Shown: piece after piece, positions 52,451 to 63,882 of the stretch
Layout: the number at the start of each line of letters is the position of its first letter
How positions within the stretch are numbered: the stretch's first letter is position 1
Origin: an uncultured Alphaproteobacteria bacterium
GTDB taxonomy: Bacteria > Pseudomonadota > Alphaproteobacteria > Rhizobiales > Xanthobacteraceae
Direction of reading: 5' to 3'
NCBI GenBank assembly: GCA_963730645.1
Contig: CAVSSN010000012.1
Span: forward strand, 242,853 to 306,852
DNA: 64,000 nt
Program-made: the position numbers and the translations under genes
The notes under the pieces: model-generated
Told to the model about the DNA's origin: nothing
The model's input: the letters and a program-made list of their open reading frames with translations, nothing else
Database searches by the model: none

Positions 52451-52730
52451 GCTGACCCCCTGTAGCCCACAATACAATTATGCCAGGCAGCGGTCGCTGG
52501 CATAGCGTGAAATAGCGTTTCAGACCGGGCTGATGCCAGCCATTCGTTCTGCGCATCGGCGAGACCGGCGGTCAACGCGCAGCACAGCGCGAAAACCGCC
52601 GACCGCGTAGCCGATCGTATTGCCGAGCCCGAGCCCGCGACCATGGTGCCCGCCGAATGGCCGTCCCTCACACCCGTGATAGTGTACATCCATCGTTCCC
52701 CACCGCAGATCAAAAATTAGGGAAGTCGTC

Positions 52731-53276
52731 ATGGCTCAGGACAACCGCACGCTGGAACAGCGCATCCGCGCCATCGAGGACCGGCTGGAAATCTACAATC
52801 TCATCGCCGGCCACCCGCCAAGCGCCGATACCGGCGCCGACTATTATGCCCGTGCGGTCTACACCGAGGACGGCGTGTTCGACCGCGGCGAGAACCTGTC
52901 GGGCGCCAGCGGCAACGAAGCCATCGGCGCGAGCCTCAAGCATCCGCAGCATCAGGCCGCGATCGCGGGCGGGCTCGCGCATTTCGCCGGCCTGCCGCAC
53001 ATCGCGCTCGACGGCGACAAGGCTGTGGTTACGTCGTACCTGCAAATCCTGACGCCGAACAAATCCGGCGAGATGGTCGAGGTGCCCAACCATGGCGGCT
53101 CGCGCGGCTACCACATCCACCGGGTGGTGACGAACCGCTGGGAACTTGTTCGCGCGTCCGACGGCTGGAAGATCAAGCGCCGCTCCATCCGCCTCGTCGA
53201 CGGCACGGAGCCCTCGCGCGAAATCTTGCGCGGCGCGCTGAAGGCGTATGAGGCGACCAATCCGCCCTCATCCTGA
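52731..53276 (+). CDS. SnoaL-like / NTF2-fold protein
   Basis: 181-aa ORF MAQDNRTLEQRIRAIEDRLEIYNLIAGHPPSADTG...WKIKRRSIRLV. This pattern is typical of SnoaL_4-type proteins. Confidence 0.6.
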   Translation: MAQDNRTLEQRIRAIEDRLEIYNLIAGHPPSADTGADYYARAVYTEDGVFDRGENLSGASGNEAIGASLKHPQHQAAIAGGLAHFAGLPHIALDGDKAVVTSYLQILTPNKSGEMVEVPNHGGSRGYHIHRVVTNRWELVRASDGWKIKRRSIRLVDGTEPSREILRGALKAYEATNPPSS

Positions 53277-53360
53277 GGAGCGGCCGAAGGCCGCGTCTCG
53301 AAGGATATTGCGGCGACATGGTTCGAGACGCGTTGCTTCGCAACGCTCCTCACCATGAGG
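53267..53360. repeat. REP-like element, family G (CTCATCCTGAGGAGCGGCCGAAGGCCGCGTCTCGAAGGAT...TTCGAGACGC...CGCTCCTCACCATGAGG)
   Basis: Nested inverted repeats, including a perfect GCGTCTCGAA/TTCGAGACGC pair. Overlaps the stop of the SnoaL-like gene. Confidence 0.7.
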
Positions 53361-53373
53361 CGGGAGGTTGAAA

Positions 53374-54540
53374 TCACGCTCGAACCAGCTTGTCCTCGAA
53401 CCAGTCCCACATCACGGCGGTGCCGAGCGAGAGGTAGTCGCGCTGGCAATGCTGGGCGCCGCCCTCCTCGGCGGTGAAGACGCGCAGCGTCTTGTCGGCC
53501 GAGCCTGAGGCGTCGTAGAGCGACTGCGCGTCCTTGAGCGGAATCTGTTCGTCGTCCTCGCCGTGCACCACCAGGAACGGGCAGCGCATCTTCTGCACCA
53601 CGCCGTCGAGCCGGAACGGTTCGAGCTTCTTGAGCGCCGCGTCGAGCGTGTCGACGCCGAGAATCCACATGATGTGATGGCCCGGCACCGACATGGAGGC
53701 CTTGAAGCCGGCATCGATGCGTTTCTTCCACGTGCCGTAATAGTCCCAGATCGCGCCCCAGGCGATGCAGGCGGCGAAGCGCGGCTCGAGCGCGGCGCAG
53801 CGCGGCGCGTAATAGCCGCCGAGGCTGATGGCGACGATGCCGATGCGCTTCGGATCGACGTCGGCGCGCTTTTCGAGGAAATCGATGCAGGCGCCGCCGG
53901 CCTTCTCGTAGTCGTGGCGCAGCGGCATGTCGCGGAAGCGGATCGCCTCGCCGGTGCCGGGGCCGTCCATCACCAGCACCGAAATGCCGCGCTTGACGAG
54001 GTCCGGCACGCCGCGCAGGAACTGGATCTCCTTGGTGATGTCGAGGCCGTCGAAGAACACGACGCACGGCGTGCGCCCCGATTTCGCATTCTGAGCCGGC
54101 ACGAAATAGCCGGGCAGTTTCTTGCCCTCGAACGGCACGTCGACGATCTCGATTTTGCTGCCCGCGAGCGCGGCGTAGTGATGGAAGCACTCGACCGAGG
54201 TGCGATAGGCGTCGAGCGCGCGCTTGTCCTTCGGCGTGCGGAAGCGCTCGCCCATCTGGTAGTAATGGCAGGCGCGCAGATAAAACGATGCCGCCGACAC
54301 CGGATGATGCGAGGCGCGGAATTTCTCCGCCTGGCCGCGCACCGTATCGGCAACGCTGACGCAGGCGTCGAACCACGCCTCGTCGTCCTCGCCGCCCTTG
54401 CCTTCGAGCATGCGGCCGATCTTGTGCAGCTCGCTCATGTCGACGCCGCCGAACGGCGCCGTGCCCAGCATGTTCACGAACGCCGCCGACCAGCGGTAAT
54501 TGCCGGGGAAGTACATGAAATATTTCGGCGCCTTGGACAT
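53374..54540 (-). CDS. alpha/beta hydrolase family protein
   Basis: ORF 53374..54936 trimmed to MSKAPKYFMYFPGNYRW.... Nucleophile elbow AISLGG, then ...VVHGEDDEQIP.... Confidence 0.75.
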   Translation of the reverse strand: MSKAPKYFMYFPGNYRWSAAFVNMLGTAPFGGVDMSELHKIGRMLEGKGGEDDEAWFDACVSVADTVRGQAEKFRASHHPVSAASFYLRACHYYQMGERFRTPKDKRALDAYRTSVECFHHYAALAGSKIEIVDVPFEGKKLPGYFVPAQNAKSGRTPCVVFFDGLDITKEIQFLRGVPDLVKRGISVLVMDGPGTGEAIRFRDMPLRHDYEKAGGACIDFLEKRADVDPKRIGIVAISLGGYYAPRCAALEPRFAACIAWGAIWDYYGTWKKRIDAGFKASMSVPGHHIMWILGVDTLDAALKKLEPFRLDGVVQKMRCPFLVVHGEDDEQIPLKDAQSLYDASGSADKTLRVFTAEEGGAQHCQRDYLSLGTAVMWDWFEDKLVRA

Positions 54541-54550
54541 TCGGTGCTCC

Positions 54551-55403
54551 TTACACATCCCACGCCGGTGCGCGGCCGGCCGGATTGGCGATGCGGCTGT
54601 TGGGCCGCTTGAGCGCGCTGATGCGGCGCATGTCGTCGTCGCTGAGCTCGAAATCGAATACGGCGAGGTTTTCGGCGATGCGTTGCGGGTTTGACGAGCG
54701 CGGAATCGGTGCGATGATTTTCTGCTGGATGAGCCAGCGCAGCGCCACCTGCGCGAAGGTCTTGCCGATACGGCTGCGCGATGTCGGCGAGCACCGGATC
54801 GTTGTTGAGCCGGCCGCGCGCCAGCGGGCAATACGCGGTGAGCACCAGCCCGCGCTGTCGGCATGCCGCGATCAGCCTGGTCTGGTCGAGATAGGGGTGA
54901 CATTCGGCCTGCAGCGTCACCAGAGGCTCCGGGCACAGCCGGATCGCCTCATCGACCATCGCGATGTTGAAGTTGGCGACGCCGATGTGGCGCGCGAGGC
55001 CGCCGCGCTTGGCCTTGGCGAGCGCGCCCATGGTCTCGGCGAGCGGTGTGTTTTTCTCCGGCCAGTGCACCAGCAGCAGATCGACGTAGTCGACGCCGAG
55101 CGTCGTCAGGCTTTCGTCGACCGAGCGGGCAAAATCATCGGCGTGCAGATATTCGTGCGACACCTTGGTGCACAGGAAAATCTCCTGGCGCGGGACGCCG
55201 GAGGCGCGCATGCCTTCGCCGACGGCGCGCTCGGAGCCGTATTTCCGGGCCGTATCGATGTGGCGGTAGCCGGCCTTCAGCGCGGCGGCGACGTGCTCGG
55301 CGTGCACCTCGCCGCCCAGTTCGGACGTGCCATAGCCGATCGCGGGAATTTCGGCGCCGTGCGCCGCGAGCTTTGGGGCAAGGCTTTTGGGAGCGAGGAT
55401 CAT
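54551..55403 (-). pseudogene. aldo/keto reductase; frame interrupted as assembled
   Basis: MILAPKSLAPKLAAHGAEIPAIGYGTSELG...GYRHIDTARKYGSE...LLLVHWP...ADIAQPY (ORF 54474..55403), then [46 protein letters not shown]... (ORF 54551..54748 frame). +1 shift near 54766. Confidence 0.88.
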
Positions 55404-55487
55404 GCCGGCATCCTAGACCGCGTCATCGTGAGGCGTGCTATGTTTTATCGGGTTCGAAACGGACTTGCACGCCGGGGAGGACACACG

Positions 55488-56583
55488 ATGACGCAATCGC
55501 TCCAATCCGATGGCCCGCGGCCGCGGCAAGAGCTGATCGACGGCGCGTTCGTGCGCAATGCCTGGTACGTGGCGGCATGGTCGGACGACATCGGCGACGG
55601 CCAGCTCGTCGCCCGCACCATCATGGACGAGCCGATCGTGCTCTATCCGCAAGGCCAATGGCGATGTTGCGGCGATCGAGGACCGCTGCGCGCACCGCTT
55701 CGCGCCGCTGCACATGGGCAAGATCGTCGGCGGCGATCGCATCCAGTGCGCCTATCACGGCCTGGAATTCGACGGCACCGGTGCATGCGTGCGCAATCCC
55801 CACGGCAGCAAGAACATTCCGCCGCGGGCGCGCGTGAAAAGCTACCCGGTCATCGAGAAGCACAAGGCGATCTGGATCTGGATGGGCGCCGCGCCGGCCG
55901 ATGCCGCCAAGGTGCCGGACTTCGGCGTGCTCGACAACGTGCCCGAGCTGCACACCACCAAGCGCGACAGCATCGTGATCCGCGCCAATTACCAGCTCAT
56001 CATCGACAACCTGCTCGACCTCAGCCACACCTCGTATCTTCACGAGGGCATTCTCGGCAATGCAGACACCGTGGAATCGGAGATCAAGGTCGAACAGGAC
56101 GGCGACGACGTGGTGGTGGAGCGGCACGCCACCAATTCGGCTCCGCCCGGCATGTTCGCGCAGTTCTGGCCGGATCATCCGCCGCGCGTCGACAAGTTCA
56201 CCAACATGCGCTGGATGGCGCCGAGCACGCTGCGACTGGTCACCGGCATCTGCAAGATGGGCGCGCCGCCCGACAGCGGCACCGGCTATCACGCGATCCA
56301 CATGCTCACCCCGGAGAACGGGCGCTCGACGCTCTATCATTTCACCGCGGTGCGCTTCGGCGTCATGACGACCGACGAGAAGCTCAATCGCGAGCTGCAG
56401 GACAAGGTCGGGAAGATGCGCCGTTTCGCGTTCGAGGAGCAGGATGCGCCGGTGATCGAAGCGCAGCAGCGCGTCATCGAGAGCGCAACGACAACGCTCG
56501 ATCCGCTGGTGCTGGCCATCGATGTCGGGCCGGTGCGCTACAAGCGCATCCTCGGCAAGATGCTCGAAGCCGAGCAGCGCTGA
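55488..56583 (+). pseudogene. Rieske [2Fe-2S] aromatic oxygenase, VanA/phthalate-family oxygenase component; frame interrupted as assembled
   Basis: GGGGAGGA RBS. MTQSLQSDGPRPRQELIDGAFVRNAWYVAAWSDDIGDGQLVARTIMDEPIVLY (frame of ORF 54585..57236), then RKANGDVAAIEDRCAHRFAPLHMGKIVGGDRIQCAYHGLEFD...NLLDLSHTSYLH... (ORF 55558..56583). +1 shift near 55647. Confidence 0.85.
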
Positions 56584-56588
56584 CCCGT

Positions 56589-57788
56589 TCAGTGGTCGTG
56601 TTTGCGCACGCCGCGCGTCAGCGCCCAGATCAGCAAGGCGAGGCAGCCCATCGCGGCGACGACGCCCGCGACCGGCCATGCCGATTGGCCCAGATAGGCG
56701 CCGATCGCGGCGGCGGCGATGGCGGCGCAGCCCTGCTGCGTGAATCCCATGACGGAGGATGCGGTGCCGGCACGATCCGGAAACGGCGTGAGCGCGCCCG
56801 CCATGGTCTGCGGCAGCACCAGGCCCATGCCGGCGAGATAGATCGTCATGGCGCCGACCAGCCACGCGACATGGGCGAGGCCGAGCGCCACGACGGCAAC
56901 CATTGCCAGCCCGCCGATCGCGAGCGCCACCGCGCCGATCCCGATGGTGCGATCGAGGCCGAGCCGCATGACGATGCGCGCCGCGGTATGCGTCCCCAGC
57001 ATGTATCCGACCGCGCCCACCGCGTAGGTCGCGCCGAATTCGACCGGCGAAAGTCCGTAGACGCCCTGCATCACGATCGACGCGGCCGAGACCCAGGACA
57101 ACAGGCCCGTGAAGGTCGTGGTCAGAATGCCGAGATAGGCGAGGAAGCCGCGATGCTGCAGCACCGAACGATAGAGCCGGCCCATGCTGACAAGCGAAAA
57201 CGGCCCGGGCGTTCGCTGGCGCAGCGTCTCCGGTAGGTAACGCGCCGCGGCTGCGGCGGAGACCGCGGCGAAGATCACCAGCAGGTAGAAACTCGCGCGC
57301 CAGCCGAACGCGGTCTGCAGCACGCCGCCGATCACCGGCGCGACGATCGGCGCGAACGCCGTGATCGAGCCCATCAACGACAATTCGCGCCCCGCGCGCA
57401 CGCCGGAATAGAGGTCGCGCACCACGGCGCGCGCCAGGACGATCGAGCCCGCCCCGCCGAACGCCTGCACGAAACGCACCGCCATCAGCGTCTCGATCGA
57501 TTGCGTCGTCGCGCAAACGATGCTGGCCACACCATAGAGCACGAGCGCCACCAGCATCACCGGCTTGCGGCCGAAGCGGTCGGAGATCGGCCCATAGACG
57601 ATCTGGCCAACGGCAAAGCCGATCAGGTAGGTCGAAATGGTGAGTTGCGTCTGCGCAGTCGAGGCATTGAGCGCCTGCCCGATCGCGGGCAGCGACGGCA
57701 GATACATGTCCATCGACAGCGGCCCGAGCCCCGTCAACAGCGCCAGCAGCAGGGTGAGCGCGAACGTATCGGGACGCAGCATCGGCAT
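56589..57788 (-). CDS. MFS transporter, Bcr/CflA drug-resistance subfamily
   Basis: 399-aa intact ORF MPMLRPDTFALTLLLALLTGLGPLSMDMYLPSLPAIGQAL...GPISDRFGRKPV.... Confidence 0.88.
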   Translation of the reverse strand: MPMLRPDTFALTLLLALLTGLGPLSMDMYLPSLPAIGQALNASTAQTQLTISTYLIGFAVGQIVYGPISDRFGRKPVMLVALVLYGVASIVCATTQSIETLMAVRFVQAFGGAGSIVLARAVVRDLYSGVRAGRELSLMGSITAFAPIVAPVIGGVLQTAFGWRASFYLLVIFAAVSAAAAARYLPETLRQRTPGPFSLVSMGRLYRSVLQHRGFLAYLGILTTTFTGLLSWVSAASIVMQGVYGLSPVEFGATYAVGAVGYMLGTHTAARIVMRLGLDRTIGIGAVALAIGGLAMVAVVALGLAHVAWLVGAMTIYLAGMGLVLPQTMAGALTPFPDRAGTASSVMGFTQQGCAAIAAAAIGAYLGQSAWPVAGVVAAMGCLALLIWALTRGVRKHDH

Positions 57789-57806
57789 TTCCGAAAATTC
57801 AGAATT

Positions 57807-57921
57807 GTCATCATCCGCGAAGGCGGATGATCCAGTATTCCGTGCAGATCAGGTGTAGCACCACGGTGCGAGAAGGAAGAGCGCGGTGATTACTGGATGC
57901 CCCGCCTTCGCGGGGCATGAC
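57807..57921. repeat. REP/MITE-like element, family A (hairpins in swapped order)
   Basis: GTCATCATCCGCGAAGGCGGATGATCCAGTATTC ... GATTACTGGATGCCCCGCCTTCGCGGGGCATGAC. Confidence 0.85.
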
Positions 57922-57945
57922 AAGCATAGTTGTTATGCAATGGGC

Positions 57946-58719
57946 TCAGTGCTGCGCGCCGTTGTCGTCCGGCAGACCGTAGCGGTGCAGATCGGCGCCG
58001 TGCACGTCGAGCCACACTTTTGCGCGCTCGTGCGCGGGGCACAGCCGGCTGACCAGCCGCCAGAATTTCGCCGAATGGTTCATCTCGACGAGATGGGCGA
58101 CCTCGTGCGCCGCGAGGTAATCGAGCACGAACGCCGGCGCGAGAATGAGCCGCCACGAGAACGACAACGAGCCGGTGGTCGAGCACGAGCCCCAGCGGCT
58201 CGACTGATCGCGTACCGCGACTTTCTTGACGGTGACACCGAGCTCGGCGCCGAACCGGCGGCTGGCGATCTCAAGCTCGCGCCTGGCCTCGCGGCGCAGA
58301 AAGTCGGAGATGCGGCGATCGACATGCGGCGCCTCGCCGGCGACGCAGAGCAGGCGCTCGCCGTCCTCGCCGGTTTCGCTCCACACCGTGCCGCGCGCGC
58401 CGCGGCGATGCACGATGCGATGCTGCACGCCGCGCAACGGCACCACGATGCCTTGTGCGAACGGCGCCGCCTTCGGCAGCCGTCCGAGCCGCGCCGCGAT
58501 CCAGCTGCCGTGCTTCTGCGCGAACTCGCGCGCTTCCTTCAGGCTGCCGCGCGGCGGAATGGTGAGCACGACCTCGCGCGTCGCCGCCTGGATGCGCAGC
58601 GTGTAGCGGCGCGCCTGACGATGCCGGCGCATGCGCACGAGATAGATCGCGCGGTCGAAGACGATTTGAATCGTCCGCGGTTCGCTCGGGCGACGATAGA
58701 GCAGCGCGCGCAGCGGCAT
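57946..58719 (-). CDS. YgjP-like (DUF45) M48-type metal-dependent hydrolase
   Basis: ORF 57946..58767. ...RWGSCSTTGSLSFSWRLILAPAFVLDYLAAHEVAHLVEMNHSAKFWRLV... contains HExxH. Start is M17 (58719) or M1 (58767). Confidence 0.8.
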   Translation of the reverse strand: MPLRALLYRRPSEPRTIQIVFDRAIYLVRMRRHRQARRYTLRIQAATREVVLTIPPRGSLKEAREFAQKHGSWIAARLGRLPKAAPFAQGIVVPLRGVQHRIVHRRGARGTVWSETGEDGERLLCVAGEAPHVDRRISDFLRREARRELEIASRRFGAELGVTVKKVAVRDQSSRWGSCSTTGSLSFSWRLILAPAFVLDYLAAHEVAHLVEMNHSAKFWRLVSRLCPAHERAKVWLDVHGADLHRYGLPDDNGAQH

Positions 58720-59045
58720 GATGACGTCTTGTTCCCACCCAACCCGGGGAAATAGTGCCATATCCATTTTCCGGCGCAGCCCCCTTCGGTGCGGCCTCGT
58801 CGACCTACAAGATATTGTGGCCTGTCGGTTGATAAAGGGCTAAGTCGTGAACTGGAACAACTGAATGCAACTTCATATTTTTTGATTTCAATCGAGTCGA
58901 AAATCGACTCCGAAGCAGCCGAAAATACCAAACGCGATTCAATCGCTTATGAACGAACGTCGGTGTTCAGGCCGGTTTTATTGAGAAATATGACAATCAG
59001 GCCGCGCACGACCCGGGGAGGGCCGCGCCAAGACCGGCGCCGCAA

Positions 59046-60339
59046 TCAGGCTCGCTGCAGAGCCGTCACGTTGCGGGCGCGCGAGACCGTCGCGCCTTGA
59101 TTATGCGACAGCACGAAATCGGCGATGCGCGGCGCGATCTCGGAACGGAAGCGCGAGCCGTTGAACACGCCGTAATGGCCGACGCCGTGCTGCATCCAAT
59201 GCACCTTGTTCTCGGCCGGAATGCCGGTGCACAGCCGATGCGCCGCTTCGGTCTGGCCGAGACCGGAAATGTCGTCGTGCTCGCCCTCGATGGTGAGCAG
59301 CGCAACGCGCTTGATCTTGGCCGGCGCGATCAGCCGGCCGCGATGCGTCATCTCGCCTTTCGGCAGATCGTGGCGCACGAACACGACATCGACGGTCTGC
59401 AGATAGTATTCGGCCGCGAGGTCCATCACGGCGAGATACTCGTCGTAGAATTCCTTGTGCTTGTGCGCGCTATCGCCGTCGCCCTGCACCAGTTCCATGA
59501 ACAATTGCTTGTGCGCCTCGATGTGGCGATCGAGGTTCATGCTGACGAAGCCGTTGAGCTGCAGGAAGCCCGGATAGACATCGCGCATGAAGCCCGGATG
59601 CGGGAACGGCACCTTGGTGATGACATTGCGGCGGAACCAGTCGCTGCCGCGCTGTTCCGCCAGCGTGTTGACGACGGTCGGATTGACGCGGGTATCGATC
59701 GGGCCGCCCATCAGCACCATGGAATGCGGCACGCAGGGGTCGTGGTCCGCCTCCATGAGCGAGACGGCCGCCATCACCGGCACCGACGGTTGACACACGG
59801 CGACGACGTGCGTGCCGCCACCGAGGTGGTGAAAAATGGAGATCAGATAGTCGACGTAGTCGTCGAGATCGAAGCGCCCTTCCGCCAGCGGCACCATGCG
59901 CGCGTCGGCCCATTCGGTGATGTAGACATCGTGATTGGGCAGGAACGCCTCGACCGTGCCGCGCAGCAAGGTGGCGTAATGGCCCGACATCGGCGCGACG
60001 ATGACGAGGCGCGGCTGCGGGCGCTTCGGCGGATGCTCCAGCACGCGCTCGAAATGCAACAAGCCGGCAGAAGGGCCGCTCCCACACGGTCTTGATTTCG
60101 ACCGGCACGCGCTCGCCGCCGACCAGCGTGGTGTCGATGCGCCATTCCGGCCGGCTGTAGCGGCGCGTCGAGCGCTCGAACAACTCGGCCGCGGCCGCGA
60201 CCGTCTTGCCGTAGGTCGTGAACGACAGCGGATTGACCGGATTGCGGAAGAACAGCCGCGTGGCGTCAGCCCATATGCGCGACGGGTTTAGCGCCGCCTG
60301 GCCCATTTCGTAGAACCAGTACATCGGCGTCGAGAGCAT
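59046..60339 (-). pseudogene. phaZ: intracellular polyhydroxyalkanoate (PHB) depolymerase; frame interrupted as assembled
   Basis: ...MLSTPMYWFYEMGQAALNPSRIWADATRLFFRNPVNPLSFTTYGKTVAAAAELFERSTRRYSRPEW...VWERPFCR (ORF 59470..60450), then LLHFERVLEHPPKRPQPRLVIVAPMSGHYATLLRGTVEAFL... (ORF 59046..60062). +1 shift near 60064. The start (60339 or 60324) is uncertain. Confidence 0.85.
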
Positions 60340-60534
60340 GACGCCGCCCTCGACCGGCAAGGCCGGCGCGGCGCCGAATTGCCCGATTGCCATGGATTGC
60401 TGCGCAGGCCCAGCTTGCTGCATTGCAGCAATGTGGCGTTTGTCAGTCATTTAGTCAACATACACGTGAAAGTTTCGCCAATTGTTACATAGGGAAAAGC
60501 ACGCATATCCGCGCCGCTGTGGCGCGCATGGCGG

Positions 60535-61379
60535 CTATTCGCCGCTCTGCAACAGCGAGCCGTGCCGGCGCGCGCTCTGCAACAGCTTGAGGAAGCCGAA
60601 CACGCCGAGGCTGAACAGCACGGCATTGAGCGCCAGCGCGTCAAGCATCAGGTCGGCGCGGAACACCTTGTCGATCAGCAGCGACCGCATGCCCTCGAAC
60701 ACGTAGGTCGGCGGCAGCAGCCAGGCCACCGGCTGCAGCCAGGTCGGCAAGGTGGTGACCGGGTAGTAGACGCAGGTCAGCGGCATGAACAGGAACATGA
60801 TCGACCAGGCGAGGTTCTCCGCGCCCATGCCGTTGCGCAGGATCAGGCCGGACACGAAGATGCCGATCGCCCAGCTCGTCAGCATCAGGTTGATGAAAAA
60901 CGCCACCAGCGCGAAGCCGAGCCCGTAGAGATTGAAGCCGAAGAACGCGATGGCGAGGATCGTCACCGGGATGACGCCGACCAGCAGCCGCACCACGCTC
61001 ATCACCATCAGCGCCGCGATGAACTCGAACGGCCGCAGCGGGCTCATCATCAGGTTGCCGATGTTGTGCGACCACATCTCCTCCAGAAACGAGATCGAGA
61101 ATCCGAGCTGGCCGCGAAACAGGATGTCCCACAGCAGGACGGCGCCGATGAGGGTGCCGCCGGCACGCGCGAAGAAGCCGGCATTGGTGCTGATGTAATA
61201 TTGCAGGAAGCCCCAGGTGATCATCTGCACGGTCGGCCAGTAGATGAGGTCGAGCAGCCGCGGCCACGACGAGCGCAGCAGATACCAGTAGCGCAGCATC
61301 ATCGCCGAGACGCGCTGGGGCGAGAACGAACGCCCTCCGGTCGCTGGCCCGCCGGCGCGGAAGGGTGAGATAGGACCGC

Positions 61380-61383
<4 letters not shown>
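60535..61383 (-). CDS. ABC-2 type transporter permease
   Basis: GTG start overlaps the stop of the upstream ATPase gene (GTGA). ...MMLRYWYLLRSSWPRLLDLIYWPTVQMITWGFL... with about 6 TM segments. Confidence 0.8.
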
Positions 61384-62210
<827 letters not shown>

Positions 62211-62214
62211 CTAT

Positions 62215-62282
62215 GTAGCCCGCATGAGCGGAGCGATATGCGGGACCGCCGCCCCGGATGTCGCTCCGCTCATCCGGGCTAC
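62215..62282. repeat. REP-like long hairpin, family C
   Basis: Matches 39506-39573 in all but 2 positions. Confidence 0.85.
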
Positions 62283-62309
62283 GAAATAAGAGATGCCGAA
62301 AAACACGCC

Positions 62310-62804
62310 ATGCCCAACATCACCCTTGCCCAGGCCGACCGCATCATCGACGCCATCATCAAGCGCGGCGTCGAGCTCGAATGCCGGCCGATCAGCGTCA
62401 TCGTGGTCGAGCCCGGCTGCAAGGTGAAGGCCTTCAAGAAGGAGGACGGCGCGTCCATGATCCGGTTCGAGATGGCGTTCGGCAAAGCCTATGCGGCGCT
62501 GTCGCTCGGGCGCTCGTCGAGCCTCGTTCGCGTGCGGGCGCACGAGAAGCCGATCTTCATGGACTATCTGATCGGCGCCAGCGACGAGCAGATTTTCCCC
62601 GAAGGCGGCGGCATGCTGATCCGCGACGATGGCGGCGAAGTCATCGGCGCGGTCGGCGTCACCGGCGACACCGAGGATCGCGACGAGGAACTCGCCGAGC
62701 ACGGCATCCACGCCGCGGGGCTCAAGACCGACGAGGATTGCCGCCACATGGGGCGCCGCATCGGACTGCGGGACGAACCGAACGCCAAAAAACGCAAAAA
62801 GTAA
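62310..62804 (+). CDS. GlcG/HbpS-like (DUF336) haem-binding-type protein
   Basis: ORF 62160..62804 trimmed to MPNITLAQADRIIDAIIKRGVELECRPISVIVVEPGCKVKAF...GAVGVTGDTEDRDEELA.... Confidence 0.7.
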   Translation: MPNITLAQADRIIDAIIKRGVELECRPISVIVVEPGCKVKAFKKEDGASMIRFEMAFGKAYAALSLGRSSSLVRVRAHEKPIFMDYLIGASDEQIFPEGGGMLIRDDGGEVIGAVGVTGDTEDRDEELAEHGIHAAGLKTDEDCRHMGRRIGLRDEPNAKKRKK

Positions 62805-62821
62805 CGCAACACAGAGGCATC

Positions 62822-63874
62822 ATGAAAATCGGACTGTTCGACCACATCGAGGACGATGGACGCCCGCTTTCCACCCTGTTCGACGAGCGGCTCACTTTCA
62901 TCAAGGCCGCCGACGAGGCCGGGCTCTATTGCCTGCATCTCGCCGAGCATCACGCCACGCCGCTCAACATGGTGCCGGTGCCGGGCGTGTTTCTCGGCGC
63001 GGTGGCGCGCGCGACCAAGCGCATGCGGCTCGGCCCGCTGGTCTATCTGCTGCCGCTTTATTCGCCGCTGCGGCTGATCGAAGAGATCGCGATGCTCGAT
63101 CATATGAGCCTCGGCCGGCTCGACATCGGCGTCGGCCGCGGCGTGTCGCCGTACGAACTGAAATATCACAAGGTCGAGCACGACGACTCGCGCGACATTT
63201 TCATCGACGCGTTCGATTGCCTCACCGCCGGATTGACCAGCGACACGCTCAATTACGAAGGCCCGCACTACAAATACAAAGACGTGCCGATCGCGATGCG
63301 TCCGCTGCAGCAGCCGCATCCGCCGTTCTGGTACGCCTCGTCCAACACCATCGGCTCGACCTGGGGCGGCGAGCATGGGCTGCACTTCGTCACGCTCGGC
63401 CCCATGGCGACGGCGAAGACCAACATCAATGCGTTCAAGGAAGCGTTCGCGAAACGCGGCCGCGCCGCGCAGCCGAAGGCCGAATTTCCCGGCGGCGTGG
63501 TGGTCGGCGTGCAGCGCCACGTCTTCGTCGCCGATACCGACGAGGAGGCGAAGCGCTTCGCCAAGCCGGCGATGGACCTGCATCTGAAAAATCTGAACTG
63601 GCTGCGCGAGAAGCACGGCGTGACCGGCGCCTCTTCGCTCGCCACGCGCCTCAACGTGCCGCGCGGCGCGACCTACGAGGAATGCGTCGCCGACGGCACG
63701 GTGATCTCCGGCAATCCCGAGCACGTTCGCGCCGAGATCGAGCGGCAGGTCGCCGAGCTCGGCGTCAATTATTTCCTGACGTACCTGTTCCTCGGCTCGA
63801 TGTCGCTCGCGCAGGCGCTGCGCTCGCTCAGCCTGTTCAGCACCGAAGTGATGCCGAAGCTGGGGAAGTTGTAA
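62822..63874 (+). CDS. LLM-class (luciferase-like) flavin-dependent oxidoreductase
   Basis: Part of ORF 62258..63874, from MKIGLFDHIEDDGRPLSTLFDERLTFIKAADEAGLYCLHLAEHHATPLNMVP...GRLDIGVGRGVSPYE.... Confidence 0.85.
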   Translation: MKIGLFDHIEDDGRPLSTLFDERLTFIKAADEAGLYCLHLAEHHATPLNMVPVPGVFLGAVARATKRMRLGPLVYLLPLYSPLRLIEEIAMLDHMSLGRLDIGVGRGVSPYELKYHKVEHDDSRDIFIDAFDCLTAGLTSDTLNYEGPHYKYKDVPIAMRPLQQPHPPFWYASSNTIGSTWGGEHGLHFVTLGPMATAKTNINAFKEAFAKRGRAAQPKAEFPGGVVVGVQRHVFVADTDEEAKRFAKPAMDLHLKNLNWLREKHGVTGASSLATRLNVPRGATYEECVADGTVISGNPEHVRAEIERQVAELGVNYFLTYLFLGSMSLAQALRSLSLFSTEVMPKLGKL

Positions 63875-63882
63875 TGCCTTGT

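Noticed and set aside
52451-52730. Possible decayed [2Fe-2S] (IorA-like) gene upstream of the IorB-like gene.
   Set aside because: Only about 93 codons of space are available. None of the three minus-strand frames shows the Cys clusters (CxxxxCxxC...C or CxxC...CxC) of that family.
58880-58915. Hairpin GAGTCGA-AAA-TCGACTC in the AT-rich spacer between phaZ and the DUF45 gene, as a possible sRNA or terminator.
   Set aside because: It is a 7-bp stem with no adjoining U-tract on either strand and no promoter-like elements I could support. The evidence is insufficient.
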